Assembly: GCF_020745735.1 (NCBI RefSeq)
Contig: NC_083409.1
Span: 6,747,534 to 6,811,533, forward strand
DNA length: 64,000 nt
From: Hemiscyllium ocellatum
Taxonomy: Eukaryota
Reading direction: 5' to 3'
Numbering within the stretch: the stretch's first letter is position 1; each line of letters starts with the position of its first letter. The position numbers were made by a program, and so were the translations under genes. Shown here piece by piece: positions 49,539 to 62,487 of the stretch. Below the pieces are notes generated by a model. It searched no databases, was not told the DNA's origin, and saw only the letters and a list, made by a program, of their open reading frames with translations.

Positions 49539-50061
49539 CCCTCTTCCACATTCACATTGACAGAAAACACCCTGCAATTAACAGCCCAGAGAGGAAGCTG
49601 CTCAAATTCACAGCCACAATGGAGTTTGAGGAAAGCACTTGTGGAGGTTTGGTCAATAACATGAGAATCCTGTCCCTTTAAACAGTGACAAAACCTTAAA
49701 TTGGAACTGACAGCAAAGCAGGAAGGAGATCTGGTTTACTGAAGCATAGACTTCGGAGGTTCACATTGTTTTGTACAGCTGACAGTCTTCAGCAACTACA
49801 AGAGATTTTACTTGGCATCACAAGTCAACTCTCTCCCCACCAAACACTCCCAGGACAAGGACAGCATGGGGTTTGACATAGAATAAAGCTCCCTCAACAC
49901 TGTCGCAATGACCTGCTTTAACATCCAAACCTCAGAAGGTTCTCTGAGCAGTCCTGAGAAGGAAGAGAGTTGAAATTCAGTGCTGACAATGACCTTTGTC
50001 CTGCCAGCTCAGCCCTGTTCTATTTAAAGTTGTGTCTCCTCTGTGGAATGTCTCCGACACT

Positions 50062-50390
50062 CTACACACATTCTGATCTCCTGATGCTCTTGCTGAGGGG
50101 AGAGGGGAGGGTCACGTGGGTGAGAGCACAGGAGAAGCGAGCGTTGGACTCCCAGTCAGACCCAGAGAGGGTCAGCAGGCTGCTGACACTGTAGGTGCTG
50201 TCCGAAGCTCGTAGGTAGTTGCTGGTCTGAACCCCGTCCGAAATGACTGCACCGTCCTTCTTCCACTGCACCTCCAGCTCATCGGGATAAAAGTGATTGG
50301 CAAGACACACCAGGGTGGCAGTGCCCTTGGCATTGACCTGTTCCGGGGAGGGGGGCAGCAGGGTCAGCTTGGGCTGAGAGTTCTCACGGC
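50062..50390 (-). CDS. IGKC: Ig kappa constant exon, cluster 2
   Basis: Acceptor TGTCTTTCAG|GC. Translates as (S)RENSQPKLTLLPPSPEQVNAKGTATLVCLANHFYPDELEVQWKKDG...FSCALTHVTLPSPLSKSIRRSECV-stop. It is 329 bp, like C1. Confidence 0.97.
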
Positions 50391-51899
50391 CTGAAAGACA
50401 AGAAAAACAATTTTAATCCCTGCCATTTGAACGGAATTCAACCCTCACAATATTCACTGGCAATACAATCTTTTTGAACATTTTTACTCAATACAGAATA
50501 AACCCAACAAAAGCACAGACATTGTTCAAATTGCTTCTTGGGATCTGAGTGTCACTGGCAGGGCCAGCATTCATTACCGTCCCTAGTTGCCACTGAGAAG
50601 ATGATGGCGAAGCAGCAGAGAGAGAAGGGACAGTTTTGGACCATCGTTTATAGAATCAATGTGGGCATCTGGAAGGGCTATCAATGGGGGAGCATTTCAG
50701 TGACAGTGATCAGAACTCAGTGAGATTGAGAGTAGGGATGGAAATGGAGAACAATGGAGCAAGTGTAAAAGTTTTCATTTTACTAAACTGTGTGGTGCTT
50801 GGTAAAAGTGGATCAGAACCAATGACATGATGGGAAATCAGTGTCAGGGCAGTGGGATCCCTCGAAGGATGAGACATACTGTTCCGAATCTGTTCCCACA
50901 ATGCGTAAGCGTTGGACTCCCAGATCTCGACCAAATGAACAAGAGGATTGGGGTTCATGTACTGACATGGATTGGGAACTGGTTTTCAGTCAGCACAGAA
51001 AGAATGAGTCTTTTCCTGACTGGCTGGTAATTATAACTGAGAGTGCCACAGGGATCAGGCCTTGGTACCCAGTTATGCATAATATATAATAATAGAGTCA
51101 GAGGGACGTAAAATGCTCATCAGCCCATTGTGTCCATCCTGGTCAAAAAAAAACAACGCAATAATTGTCATCCATTTTTCCAGCAAAAGGTAAGTGTATG
51201 AAATGTGTGTTTAAGAAGGACTTTGATATATTTCGAAGGATTAAAGGGATCAAAGAAAGTGGGGAGAAAGTAGGAACAGGGGACTGTGTTGGATGATCAG
51301 CCATGATCACATTGAATGGTAGAGCAGGCTTGAAGGGCCGAATGGCCTACGGCTGCTCCTATGTTTGATGTTTCTATCTGTTTCTCAGATAATGAAGGAA
51401 TGTATCTCATCATTTTGAAGGTGGAAGTCAGATGTGTGTGGAGCTGGAAGATGGGGCCATGGTGATTAATGAATGTAGGCCAGTGAGGTGGTTAAGAAGA
51501 CACATGGGATTAACTGTTTTTCTTTTTCCCTTGATGGAATGAGGGCATTGCTGGATCCACAGCATTTAATGCCCATCCCTAATCACCCAAAGCGCAGTTT
51601 AGAGTCACCCACATTGCTGTGGGTCTGGGGTCACATGGTAAGGATGGTAGTTTCCTTCCCTAAAGGACATAAGGGAATCAGATGCTTTTTCCTGACAATA
51701 AACGATAGTTTCATGGTCATCATTAGTCTCTTAATTGCAGATTTTGTTTTGATTGAATTTGAATGCCGCCATCTGCTGGATTCTAACCCTGGTCCCCAGA
51801 ACATTACCTGGATCTCTGGATTAACATTTCAGCAATAACACCATTAGACCATCACCTCCCTTAACTCATTTTTAGTTGACTGTGAAAGCAAGGAGTTGG

Positions 51900-53620
51900 T
51901 TTATTCTGGAACTGTATAAAACCCCAGTCAGAGCACAGTGAGAGAACTGTGTACAGTTCTGGTCACTACATTACAGGAAGGTTGTGATCTCTCGAGAGAC
52001 CAGGACAGAGGAAGAGTTTGTCTCGAATGGAGACTTTGAGCTTTGAGGTTGGATTGGCTGGGAATGTTTTCATTGTAACAGAGGTGGCTGAGGTGAGATT
52101 TGATTGTGGTGTGTAAAACGATGAAGGGCCTTGACAGGGAGGGTAGAAAGGACTGATTTCCACCTGCACAGAGGGCAATAACCATGGGGAGAGATTGAAA
52201 TCAGTTAGGGACAGGATTAGAGGGAATTTGAGGGCATTTGTTTTCACCCAGAGGTTGGTGGAATGTGGGACTCACTGTCTGAAAGGGTGGGAGAGGCAGA
52301 AACCCTAATCACATTGAAAAAACACTGGATATTGACTTGAAACAGCGAAACCTCCAGAACTATGGAGCAAGAGCTGGAAAGTGGGATGGAGCGTGATATC
52401 TCTTTAACAAATCTCCGATCATCCACAGATCAGGAGAACTTTGTCCGAGAACATTGGAGCAGACTCAGATCCACACACTTCAGAGAAGAGTCACGTGTCT
52501 GTGTAGAAGATTCCAGATTATATTTCCAACCTTGCTGCACACTATTGGGCTGAGGTCAAGGGTGAGGCTGCAAAGATTCTCAGTGTCCTAGGGTCAGACA
52601 TTGTCACTGCTCCTCATGATCCCATGAATCCTGAAAGGTGGGAGTACGCATACAATGGATGAGGATTCTGATCAGGAGACTCCAACCGTAAAGAAAGACT
52701 TGCACTTGTGTAGCACCTGTCCCCAACTCAGGATGTCCCAGTGGATCTTTCCAGCAGACTGTGCACAGCGAGATCCCAAACACCATGTGATAATTAGCAG
52801 AGAAATACATTCTGAGTGATTTTGACTGTGGGATAATTATTGAACAGGGTCACCAAGGGGAACTGCCTGCTCTTCATCCAATAGTGCCATGAAATGGCAT
52901 CTTTCACAACTGAAAGACTCTCAGTTCATTTAAAAAGTGAAGAATAGTTCCTTGAAGATGAAGTTGCAGGTAGGTAGTGGAGTGACAAAGACATTTGGTT
53001 TGCTTTCCTTTATTGGACAGTGCATTGATTATTGGAGTTGGGAGCTGTTGCTGCTGTACAGGACATTGGTGAGGGCACTTTTGGAATACTGTGTGCAATT
53101 CAGTTCTCCTTGCTGGAGAAAAAATGTTGTGAACCTTAAAATGATCCAGAAATGATATACAAGGATGTTGCCAAGGTTGGAGGGTTTGCGTGAAAGGGAG
53201 AAGCTGACTAGGCAGAGGCTGTATTCCCTGCATCATTGCAGGTTGATGGGTGACCGTATAGAGGTTTATAAAATCATGAGTGGCATAGATCAGGTGAATA
53301 GAGAAGAACTTTTCTCCAGAGTGGGGGAGTCCAGAACTGGAGGGCATAGGCTGAAGGTGACAGGGGAATGATTTAAAAGGGACCTAAGGGACAACGTTTT
53401 CATTCAGACGGTGTTAAATGTATGGAATGAGCTGCCAGAGGAGGTGGTGAAGGCTGGTACAATTACAACATTTAAAAGGCATGGGTATGTAAATAGGAAG
53501 ATGTTAGAGGGATATGGGCCAAATGCTGGCAAATGGGACTAGATTAATTTCGGATATCTGATCAGCATGGACAAGTTGGACCGAAGGGTCTGTTTCTGTG
53601 CTGTCCATCTCTCTGACTCT
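51900..53620 (+). mobile_element. CR1 LINE 3' fragments (two)
   Basis: VRALLEYCVQFSSPCWRK (52937 ORF), RLMGDRIEVYKIM (53165 ORF), and CR1 tails. Confidence 0.85.
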
Positions 53621-53959
53621 AATTATATTTCAATCCAGGTTCTCCCAAAGACATTTACATTCAGTTTTGTTCGACAAGCAGTCACTGTTGCAATGCCAGT
53701 AACCTGGCAGCCAGTTTCTACACAGCAAGATCCCACTAGAAGCAATGAGCTCAAAGAGCAATAATGATGTTGGCTCAACGACAAATATTAGCCTGAACTC
53801 AAGTCAAACAGAAAGTAATTGAGTTCAGCTGGATGGAAAATGAGAAAATGGAAGGTAAAGGAGAAGGTAGGATTGCCGTTGAGTGATGGAATGATTGTTA
53901 CGAGAAAATAAAAGAAAGGGATGGAATTTTTGAATATCATAAAAGTGCAGGGAAAATCA

Positions 53960-56900
53960 ACAATAGAACAAACTTAAAGAGTTTGTGTCTAAATGCACGA
54001 AGCATTCCGAGTAAGGTCGACAAAGTGATGCCACAAATTGTGTAAATTGAGTTTCTCTGGAATTTAAACCAGTTAACGTGGAGGAGGGCTCAGGGGAGAT
54101 TATTCAAGTTTCTAGAAGATGTAAAAGGACAGAGAGTACAGAACAGATCAGGTATTGAACATAAAGCACAGCAGATAAGGGAACAATGATGGGAAGGAAG
54201 GCAGTCAATGCAGGACTGAGGGTGTTGTACTTAAAAGCACACAGTATACACAATGAGCTTGTAGTCCAGATTGAAACCGGCAGGTACGATGTTGTGGGTA
54301 TCACAGACACATGGCTGCAAGTTGATCCAGGCTGGAAACCAAATATCCAAGGATACATGTCCTATCAAAAGGACAGGCAGATGGGCAAGAGTTGCCTTGT
54401 AAGTGAGAAATGAAATTAAATCAAAAGCAAGTAGTGATATAGAGTCAGAAGGTGTAGAATGTGTGTGGGTAGAGCTGAGGAACTGCAACAAATAAAGAAT
54501 CTGATGCAAGTTATGTCAAGGTCTCAATTCAGTAATCAGGGTGTAGGAAAGGAACTCAATCAGGAGACAGAAAATGTCAGGGGAGACTTCAATGGATAGG
54601 TGGGCTGGGTAGCGCGTCTCCAGGAAAGGATTTCATGGAATGTCAATGAGATGGATTTTGGAGCAGCTTGTGGTTGAGCCATTATGGAACAGGCAGGTCT
54701 GGATTCAGTGATGTGTATTGAGGCAAACTTGATTAGTGAGTTAAAGGTGAAAGTATCCCTATGGATACGTGACAATAATACGATAGGATTCCCCCTGTAG
54801 TTTGAGAGAGAAGCTGCAATCAGATTGAACAGTATTTCAATTGAGTTAAGGTAACTCCAAAGACATGAGGAAGAAGTTGGCCAGAGTTCGTTGAAAGGGA
54901 GCCGAGCAGGTAAGATGGTGTGGCAGCAAACAGCAGAGTTTCTGGGGGTAATTCAGGAAGCAGAGCATGGATTCATCCCAAAAAAGAAGAAACAACCTAG
55001 GGGAGGACAAGGCAACCATGGCTAATGGGGGGAGGTCAAGGAAAGCATAAAAGCAAAAGGAAAAGCACACAATGTGGTGGAGAATAGTGGGAAGCCAGAG
55101 GATTAGGAAGCCTTTGAAAACCTGCAGAGGATAACTGAAAAAGCATTCAGGGTGGAGATGGTGAAATGTGGGAGTTATCTAGCCAGTAATATAAAAGAAG
55201 ATTGCAGGAGTTTTATCAGGTGTATAAAAAGGAAGAGGGAGTCATAAATAGACTATGGATCACTGGAAAATGAGGCTGGAGAAAGAATAACAGGAAATGA
55301 AGGAATAGCAGAGGAATTGAATAGATACTTTGCATCAGTCTGCACCATGGAAAACACCAGCAGTGTACCAGTACTTCAAGACTGTCAGGGGTCGGAGGGG
55401 AGTGTAGTGGCCATCACTAAGGAGGAGGTACTGGGGAAGCTGAAAGGTCTGAATGTAGATAACGCACCCAGACTGGACGAACTACACCAGTGTGTTCTGA
55501 AGGAGATTGTTGAGGAGATTGTGGAGGCACTGGTGATAATCTTTCAAGAATCAATAGAGTCAGGGTGTGGAGGTGGGATGGTGACGGATTTGGTAGGGGC
55601 AAGGGACATGAAAATGGCTCACATACCATCCCTGTTTAAGAAGGGAGGGAGTTAGAAGATGGGACATTATCAGCCAGTTAGCCAGGACTCAGTTGTTGGT
55701 AAGGTTTTAGACTTACATTTAAGGATGAAATTGCAGAGGACTTGGAAATGTAATGGCTTCATCAAGGGGACGTCATGCCTGGCAAATCTATTAGAATTGT
55801 TTGAGGAGGCAATGAGCCAGTCAGACAAAGGAGAGTCTAAGGAAGTAATCTATTTGGATTTCCAGAAGGCATTTGACGTAAGATAAGCGCCCACAGTGTG
55901 GGGCAATGTACTGGCATGGACCGAGGACTGGAAGGTTGGCATAAAGCAGAGCATGAGGAACAATGGCCGCTGGTGATGAGTAGAGTTCTGCAGGTGTCAA
56001 TGTTAGGACCATAACTGTTCACGTTATACATTAACAATCTGGATGAAGGAAGTGAAGGCATTGTTGCTAAGTTTGCAGATGACATGAGATAGGTGGAGGG
56101 ACAGGTAGTGTTGAGGAAGTGGGAAGGCTGTAAAAGCTCCTGGATAGGCTCGGAGAGTGGGCAACGAAGTGGCAGATAGAATACAATGTGTGACAGTGTG
56201 GGGTTATGCACTATGGGAGGAAGAAGAGATGCAAAGTCTGTTTGCTAAACGAGGAAAGCCTTTGGAAATCTAAAGCACAAACCTCATTCAGGTTTCCCTT
56301 CAGGTTAACAGGCAGGTCCAGTTTGTGCTTGGGAAGGCAAATGAAACGATAGCATTCATTTCAATTGGGCCAGAATACAAGACCAGAGATGTACTGCTGA
56401 GGCTGTGTCAGTCTCTGGTCCGACTGTATTTGGAATATTGTGAACAGATTTGGGACCCATATTCTAAGAAACAATGTGTTGGCATTGGAGGGGTTTACAA
56501 GAATGATCCTGGGGATGAAAGGCTTGTCAAATAGGGCGTGTTTGAGGACTCTGGGTCTGGACTCGATGGAGTTTAGAAGGATGAGGAGGGATCTTATTGA
56601 AATTTACAGAATACAGATAGACCTGGATAGAGTGGATGCAGAGAAGATGTTTCCGGAAACAGGAGAGACTCGGTACACAAGGCACATCCTCAGAATGAAG
56701 GGCCGGCCCTTTCGAGCTGAGATGAGGAGGACTTTCTTCAGCCAGAGGGTGGTGAATCTGTGGAGATCAATGTTACAGAGGGCAGTGGAGGCCAAGTCAC
56801 TGAATGTATTTAAGACAAGGATAGATAAGTGTGTGATTGTTAAGGGGATGGAAAGTTCCTGTGGAGTAGGCAGGAGAATGGGGGTGAGAAGCATATCTGC

Positions 56901-56965
56901 CAAGATCAAATGGCAGAGAAGATTCCATGGGCTGAATGGCTGATTTCTGCTCCTATTTCTTAAAG
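53960..56965 (+). mobile_element. Near-full-length CR1 ORF2, degenerate
   Basis: TGTCTAAATGCACGAAGCATT (CLNARSI, ~53986), YDVVGITDTWL, YLDFQKAFD (~55850), TTTGCAGATGAC (FADD, ~56072) and a 3' tail at ~56950. Confidence 0.88.
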
Positions 56966-59608
56966 TCTTCTGGATAGTTTCCCCAAAACCCTGGAACACT
57001 GAACCCACTGGACCGTGAGCCCTGCTGGAGATGTTTGTCATCAGAACTTTGCCAAGAGACAACCAAAGAGTGGAGAGAGTGTGCATCCATGTGGGAATTT
57101 CAGAATGTTTCCCAGCACCTGGAATACCTTGAGTACTGGAAATGTGGTCAGTGACAGCAGTTACAGCTCCGGGTTTCGGAGCTTGAGCAGCAGCTGGTGT
57201 CAGTGCGGAGTCTCCATGAGGCTGAGAGCTCCGTGGAGAGCACATTTCTAGATGTGGTCACTCCGCAGCTTAAGAGTATGCAGAGAGAGAGGGAATGGGG
57301 GAGCAGCAGACAATCCAAAAGGATCAGGCAGCTTGTACAGGAATCCCCAGGAATCCTACTCTCCAACCAGGATTCAGTTCAGAATCCTGATGAGAATGAT
57401 GGTTCATCTGGGGAGTGCAGCCAAAGGCAAGTCCATGGCACCACTGGTTGCTCAGCTTTATTGGGGGTGGGAGAGAGTGGAGGGGGGGTGGTATAAGGAA
57501 GATTGGAAGAGTGATCGTGAAAGGAGATTCGAAACAGAGGGCATTGATAGGTGTTTCTGCAGTTGCAGAAGGGAATCCAAGATGGTGTGTTGTCTCCCTG
57601 GTGCCAGGGTGAAGGATGTCACTGTGCGGTTGCAGAGCACCATGAGGGGAGAGGGGGAACAGGCAGCAGTCGTGGTCCACATCGGTCTCAGTGACAGAGG
57701 GAGAAAAGGGATGTAGTCCTGCAGTCAGAATTTAGGGAGCTCAGAAGGGAATTAACATCAGGAACTCAAAAGTAGGAATCTTCAGATTACTCCAAGTGCC
57801 CCACGTAAGTGAGAAGAAGAGCAGGAGGATAACTCAAGTGACTGTGGGGCTGGAAAGAGGATCCAGGAGGGAGGATTTTAAATTGTTGTGACATTGGGAC
57901 TGGGTCTGGGGGAGATGGGTCCTGGATAGACCAGACAGCGTTGCTCCTGAACAGAGCTGGCACTGAGCTCCTTTGAGGTGATCTACTCGTGCTGTTGGAG
58001 AGGGTTTAAACTAACTTGGCAGGGCTGTGGGAGCCAGGAGAGACTGTCAGAGAGGAACACCAAGGTCCACAGAATCATCAGTGCAGTCAATAAGTCACCA
58101 CCCAGTGGGAAGGATTTAGAGGAATACATTTGCAAGGAATTTACAGAGACCTGCAAATATAATAGTCATTATAAATGGGGTGGGGGGAATGTCTTTAATT
58201 TCTGAATATAGACTGAGGTAGTAGCAGTGTGAAGGACAGAGAGGGGCCAGGGTCATGAGAGTGTGTCCACGTGAATTTTCTGTAGCCGCATGTTTCCAGT
58301 CCAATGAGAAAGGAGGCTCTGCTAGATCTGGATCTTGGGAATGAGGAGGCCCAAGTGGATCAAGTGTCAGTGAGATGACACTTACGGACGAGTGACCATT
58401 GTATCACAAAGTTGAGGGTGACGGTAGAAAAGAACAAAGCCTTTTCAGGGTCAAACATCTTCATTGGGAAAATGCCAACTTCTATAGGATGTGGATGTAT
58501 CAGATCTGAATAAAGTGGGATCAAAGGTTGGCAGGAAAGTCCTGAAAAGAACAGTAGAGGATGTGGACCAGGTATAGTCGAGATACATTTGAAGGAGGGC
58601 AAACAATTCCTGAACTTACTCAAGGGCAAAAGCCGTAGAATTATGGTAAATAAGAAAAGGGCAAAGGAGTAACTAGAGAGAGAATAGGGCCCCATGAAGA
58701 TGAACAATGTACCTCTGGGTGGATACACAGGAAATGGTTCAGGTCTTAAATGAATATTCCAAGTCAGTATTTATCATGGAGAAAGACATGGAAATTTGGG
58801 AACTTTGGAAGTAAATGGTAATGTCTTAACACAAGTCCACATTACAGAAGAGGATTTCTTAACGTGCAAGACGGTAGATAAATCTCAAGGACCTGATCAG
58901 GTGTATCCCAGGACATTGTGGAAAGCTACGAAAGAGATTGCTGGACCCCTTGATGAGGCATGTTTCTGATTGACAGCCATGAGTGAGATTCTGGAGCACC
59001 AGAGAGGTTGGCTAATGTTAGCCATTATTTAAGAAAGGCTGTAAGGAAAAGCCAGGGAGCTGTAAACCAGTGAGCCTGACGTCATTGCTGGGTAAGTTAT
59101 TGGAGTGAATTCTGAGGGGCAGGATTACATGCATTTGGACAATCAATGTAGTTTTATGCATGGTAATCGTGTCTCACTAACGTGATTGAGGTTGTTTGAA
59201 GAGAAGATTGATGTCGGCAGAACAGTAGACACTGTCTATATGGACTTCAGCAAAGCATTTGACAAGGTTCCACATTATAGGCTGATTAGTAAGCTCAGGC
59301 CACATGGGATCCAGGGGGAGCTAGCCATTTGGGTAAAAAAAAATGACTTCAGGATAGGAGACAGAGAGTGGTGGTAAGGGGTTGCTTTTCAGATTGCAGA
59401 TCAGATATCAGCTGTGTGCCACAAGGATTGGTGCTGGTTCCATGGCTTTTCATCATTTAAATAAATGATTTGGATGTGAATATAGGAATTCTGGCGAGGT
59501 TGTAAATGACACTAAAATTGGTGGTGCAGTGGATAGTGAAGAAGCTTATCTGAACGTACAGTGGGACCTTGATCATTTGGGGAAATGGGCAGAGGTGTGG
59601 CAAATGGA

Positions 59609-59822
59609 AAAAAGTGCGGACTGCAGATGCTGAAAACCAGAGTTTAGATCAGAGTGGTGCTGGAAAAGCACAGATTGTCAGGCAGTATCCGAGGAGCAGA
59701 AAAATCGACCTTTCGGCTAGAGGAATCCTGATGAAGTGCTTATGCCCGAAACGTCGATTTTCCTGCTCCTCGGATGTTGCCTGACCTGCTGTGCTTTTCT
59801 AGCACCACTCTGATCTAAACGC
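59609..59822 (+). mobile_element. Palindromic hammerhead-bearing short element inserted in CR1, with 12-bp TSD
   Basis: Flanked by GTGGCAAATGGA at 59597-59608 and 59823-59834. Inverted arms span 59642-59820. Confidence 0.85.
59723..59760 (+). ncRNA. Minimal type I hammerhead-ribozyme-like motif
   Basis: GAATC-CTGATGA-A-GTGC-TTAT-GCCC-GAAACGTC-GATTT. Stem I is GAAUC/GAUUU, the core is CUGAUGA plus GAAA, and the self-complementary ACGU precedes a GUC cleavage triplet. There is one stem II mismatch and activity is untested. Confidence 0.55.
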
Positions 59823-61362
59823 GTGGCAAATGGAGTTCAATGTAGATAAATGTGAGATGTTGCATTTTGGAAAGTCAAACCGGGGCAGGACTTATACTGT
59901 TAATGGTGGGGCCATGTTGGAGTATTGTTCAACAAAGTGACTTCGGGGTGCAGGGGCAGGTGCAGTTGCAGGGGCAGGGGCAGGTGCAGGTGCATTATTC
60001 CTTGACAATGGAGTCACAGGGAGACAGGGAGATGAAGAAGGTGTTGGGTACACTTGCCTTTATTGGGCACTGCACTAAGTATCAGAGTTGGGACATCATT
60101 TGCAGCTGTACAGGAAATTTGGGAATAATGTGAACAATTCTGATCATCCTGTGATACGAAGGATGCTGTTAAACTTAAAATTCTGCAGAAAAGATTTGCA
60201 TGGATGTTGCCTGGAACTGGAGGGTTTGAGCTGTTGGAAGAGACTCAATAGATGGGTTATTTTTCCTACTGGATCGGAGACTGAAGGGTGGCCTTATAGA
60301 TGTTTATAAAATCATGACGGGCATGGACAGGGTGTATATCCCAGGTCTTTGCCTTGGGAAAGGGAATCCAAAACTAGAGGGTATATGTATAAGATGGGAG
60401 GCAAAAGATCCAAAAGGGACCTGAGGGGTAACTTGTCACACAGAGGGTGGTGAGTGTATGGATCGAGCTGTCAAAAAAAGTGCTGGAGACGGATACAATT
60501 ATAGCATTTAAAAGATGTTTGGATGGGTACATGAATAGGAAGGGTTTAGAGGGATGTGGGCTAGATGCTGGCAAATGGGATGAGGTCAGTTTTGGGTATC
60601 TAGTTAGCATGGAGAAGTTAGACCGAGAGACCACAGATTGAAAGTAATTGAAAAAGTGAGAAAAGTGAGCTGAGGGAATACATTTTAAGCCAGTGGGTGG
60701 TTAAGGTGTGGAATGCACTGCCTGAGAGTGTGGTGGACGCGGCTTCAATTGAAGCATTCCGAAGGGAATGAGACTGTTATCTGAAAAGGAACAATGTGCA
60801 GGGTGGTAGGGAGAAGGCAAGAGAATGACACTCAGTGAATTGCTCATTTGGAGAGCTAGTCCAGACCGGATGGACAGAATGGCCTCCTTGTGCACTGTAA
60901 CAATTCTCTGATTGTGTGATTGAGCAGAGTTAAAGCTGGGGGAGGTGGGAGCTCGGTGTCTCACTGTGCTGCTACTGCTGCTGCTGCTGAGGTCAGTGAG
61001 ATCAGAGACTGGGATAGGGAGCCAGAGCTCACATCAAACTCTGCCCGTGTCCGTCACACTGAGACTGGCAGGAGGCTACTCACTGATTTCACTCCATGCT
61101 GCAGGAATGGGACCACAGGCTGCAAATGGATAGAGCCCCTCCACACAGTGAGTAAAACTTACTGACTTATATCTTGCTTTTTTTAAAGAGGGTATGAAAG
61201 TAAAGAAATACAGCTGGGCACCTGTTAGACACCGTGCTCCTCAATCAACCATTTCATTCACTGCAGCTTCCCACTAACACCTTCAACAAATCAGCAACTG
61301 TATGTTAGAAAGTGGGTTCCAGTATTGACAGGGTTAATAACAGATGATTGAGGTTTACTTAC

Positions 61363-61397
61363 TCAGTCTGAGCTTGGTTCCTTTACCAAACGTAAGC
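61363..61397 (-). CDS. IGKJ: Ig kappa J segment, cluster 2 (LTFGKGTKLRL)
   Basis: GCTTACGTTTGGTAAAGGAACCAAGCTCAGACTGA followed by donor GTAAGT. The FGxG motif is intact. Confidence 0.96.
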
Positions 61398-61436
61398 CAC
61401 AGTGAGAGCTCCCAGTGCAGAGGCTGTACAAAAACC
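61398..61436 (+). other. 23-bp-spacer recombination signal sequence of J
   Basis: CACAGTG (61398-61404), a 23-bp spacer, and ACAAAAACC (61428-61436). Heptamer and nonamer are perfect consensus. Confidence 0.97.
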
Positions 61437-61867
61437 TCAGCTCTCTGCTTCTCTCTTATCGGTGTCAATCTCTCTCTGTCTCTGTCTGTCTCTCACTCAC
61501 TCTCACCCTCTCCCTGCCCCTCTCTGTCTCTCCCTCATTCATGTTTCTTTCTCTCTCTGTCTCTCTGGGTTGTTTCCAGCTGGGCTCGGGAGGTTTGTGA
61601 TTTTTTTTATGTTAAATCTTGCAGCTGCACTTCACATGTGGCCATTCAGTGTAAGAGGGAAAGTGGAGGCCTTCGGTGAGCGTTGAGATATCACGGGGAT
61701 TGGAGTGTGTCGTGGACAGTGGCAATCCCAGTTTGGGGTAATTTGATCAATTTCATTTAGATCTAACTGTGGCTATATCAGTTCAGGCGGTAAAACTGTG
61801 TCCATTATTATACATTTTATTCAACTGTGGGACGTGTGAGTACAGGTGGTTGTACTTTATGTATTGA

Positions 61868-61895
61868 GGTTTTTGTTCAGCTCTGTATCACCGTG
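61868..61895 (-). other. 12-bp-spacer recombination signal sequence of V
   Basis: The minus strand reads CACGGTG (61895-61889), ATACAGAGCTGA (12 bp) and ACAAAAACC (61876-61868). V-12/J-23 is the kappa-type configuration. Confidence 0.96.
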
Positions 61896-62192
61896 AAGGC
61901 CAGCTGTAACCTTGCTGACAGTAATAGTCAGCGACATCCTCATTCTGAACGTTGCTGATTGTCAGGGTGTAACTGGTCCCTGATCCACTGCCGGTGAATC
62001 GATCAGAGACTCCTGTGAATCGAGTTGCTGCATTGTAGATCAGGAGAGAGGGTTTCTGACCTTCTCGCTGCTGGTACCAAGCAAGGTTGCTGCCAATGTC
62101 TTGACTGGCCGTACAGGTAATGGTTGCGGTCTGGCCCAGTCCCACTGATAGCATTGGGGGAGACTGGCTCATGATGATGTCCCCACTGATAC
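61896..62192 (-). CDS. IGKV: Ig kappa V segment (unrearranged), cluster 2
   Basis: Translates as [95 protein letters not shown]. It has an intact acceptor and an RSS. Confidence 0.97.
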
Positions 62193-62378
62193 CTGAGGGG
62201 TCAGAGAGAAACACAGTGAAGTCAGAACTGTCACAGAAAGAGCCGGTCAAAGGAGAAATTGTTGGAGACACTGAGCATTCCTCTGGTTTCAGCATTTTCC
62301 CTTCAATCACTAGTCAGTGGAATTGGAGTGAAATAGAGAGCAGCTAAAGTTTCAAGGTGGAAAGAGAGAGCTTTATAC

Positions 62379-62427
62379 CTGCGACACAGAATGCCAGGGG
62401 CCAGATCATCTGGATGTGTGAAATCAT
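62379..62427 (-). CDS. IGKV: Ig kappa leader exon (MISHIQMIWPLAFCVA-G), cluster 2
   Basis: 49-bp exon with donor G|GTAT and a 186-bp intron, paralogous to 17128-17176. Confidence 0.92.
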
Positions 62428-62487
62428 GGCGTGTGTTCCTGTACCTGTGCCTGGTTCCTGATAAACTCTCCCTTCACTGGGCTCTGC

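Larger units (their letters stand above)
56990..60640 (+). mobile_element. Near-full-length CR1 LINE with ORF1 (SGNH esterase-like) and ORF2, degenerate
   Basis: ORF1-type VCCLPGARVKDV..VVVHIG (57252-57716), MDFSKAFDKVPH (59186 ORF), and a 3' tail at ~60600-60640. It is interrupted at 59609-59822. Confidence 0.88.

Noticed and set aside
61398-61895. Possible D segment or extra J between V2 and J2
   Set aside because: No additional heptamer-spacer-nonamer or FGxG segment was seen, consistent with a simple V-J-C light-chain cluster.
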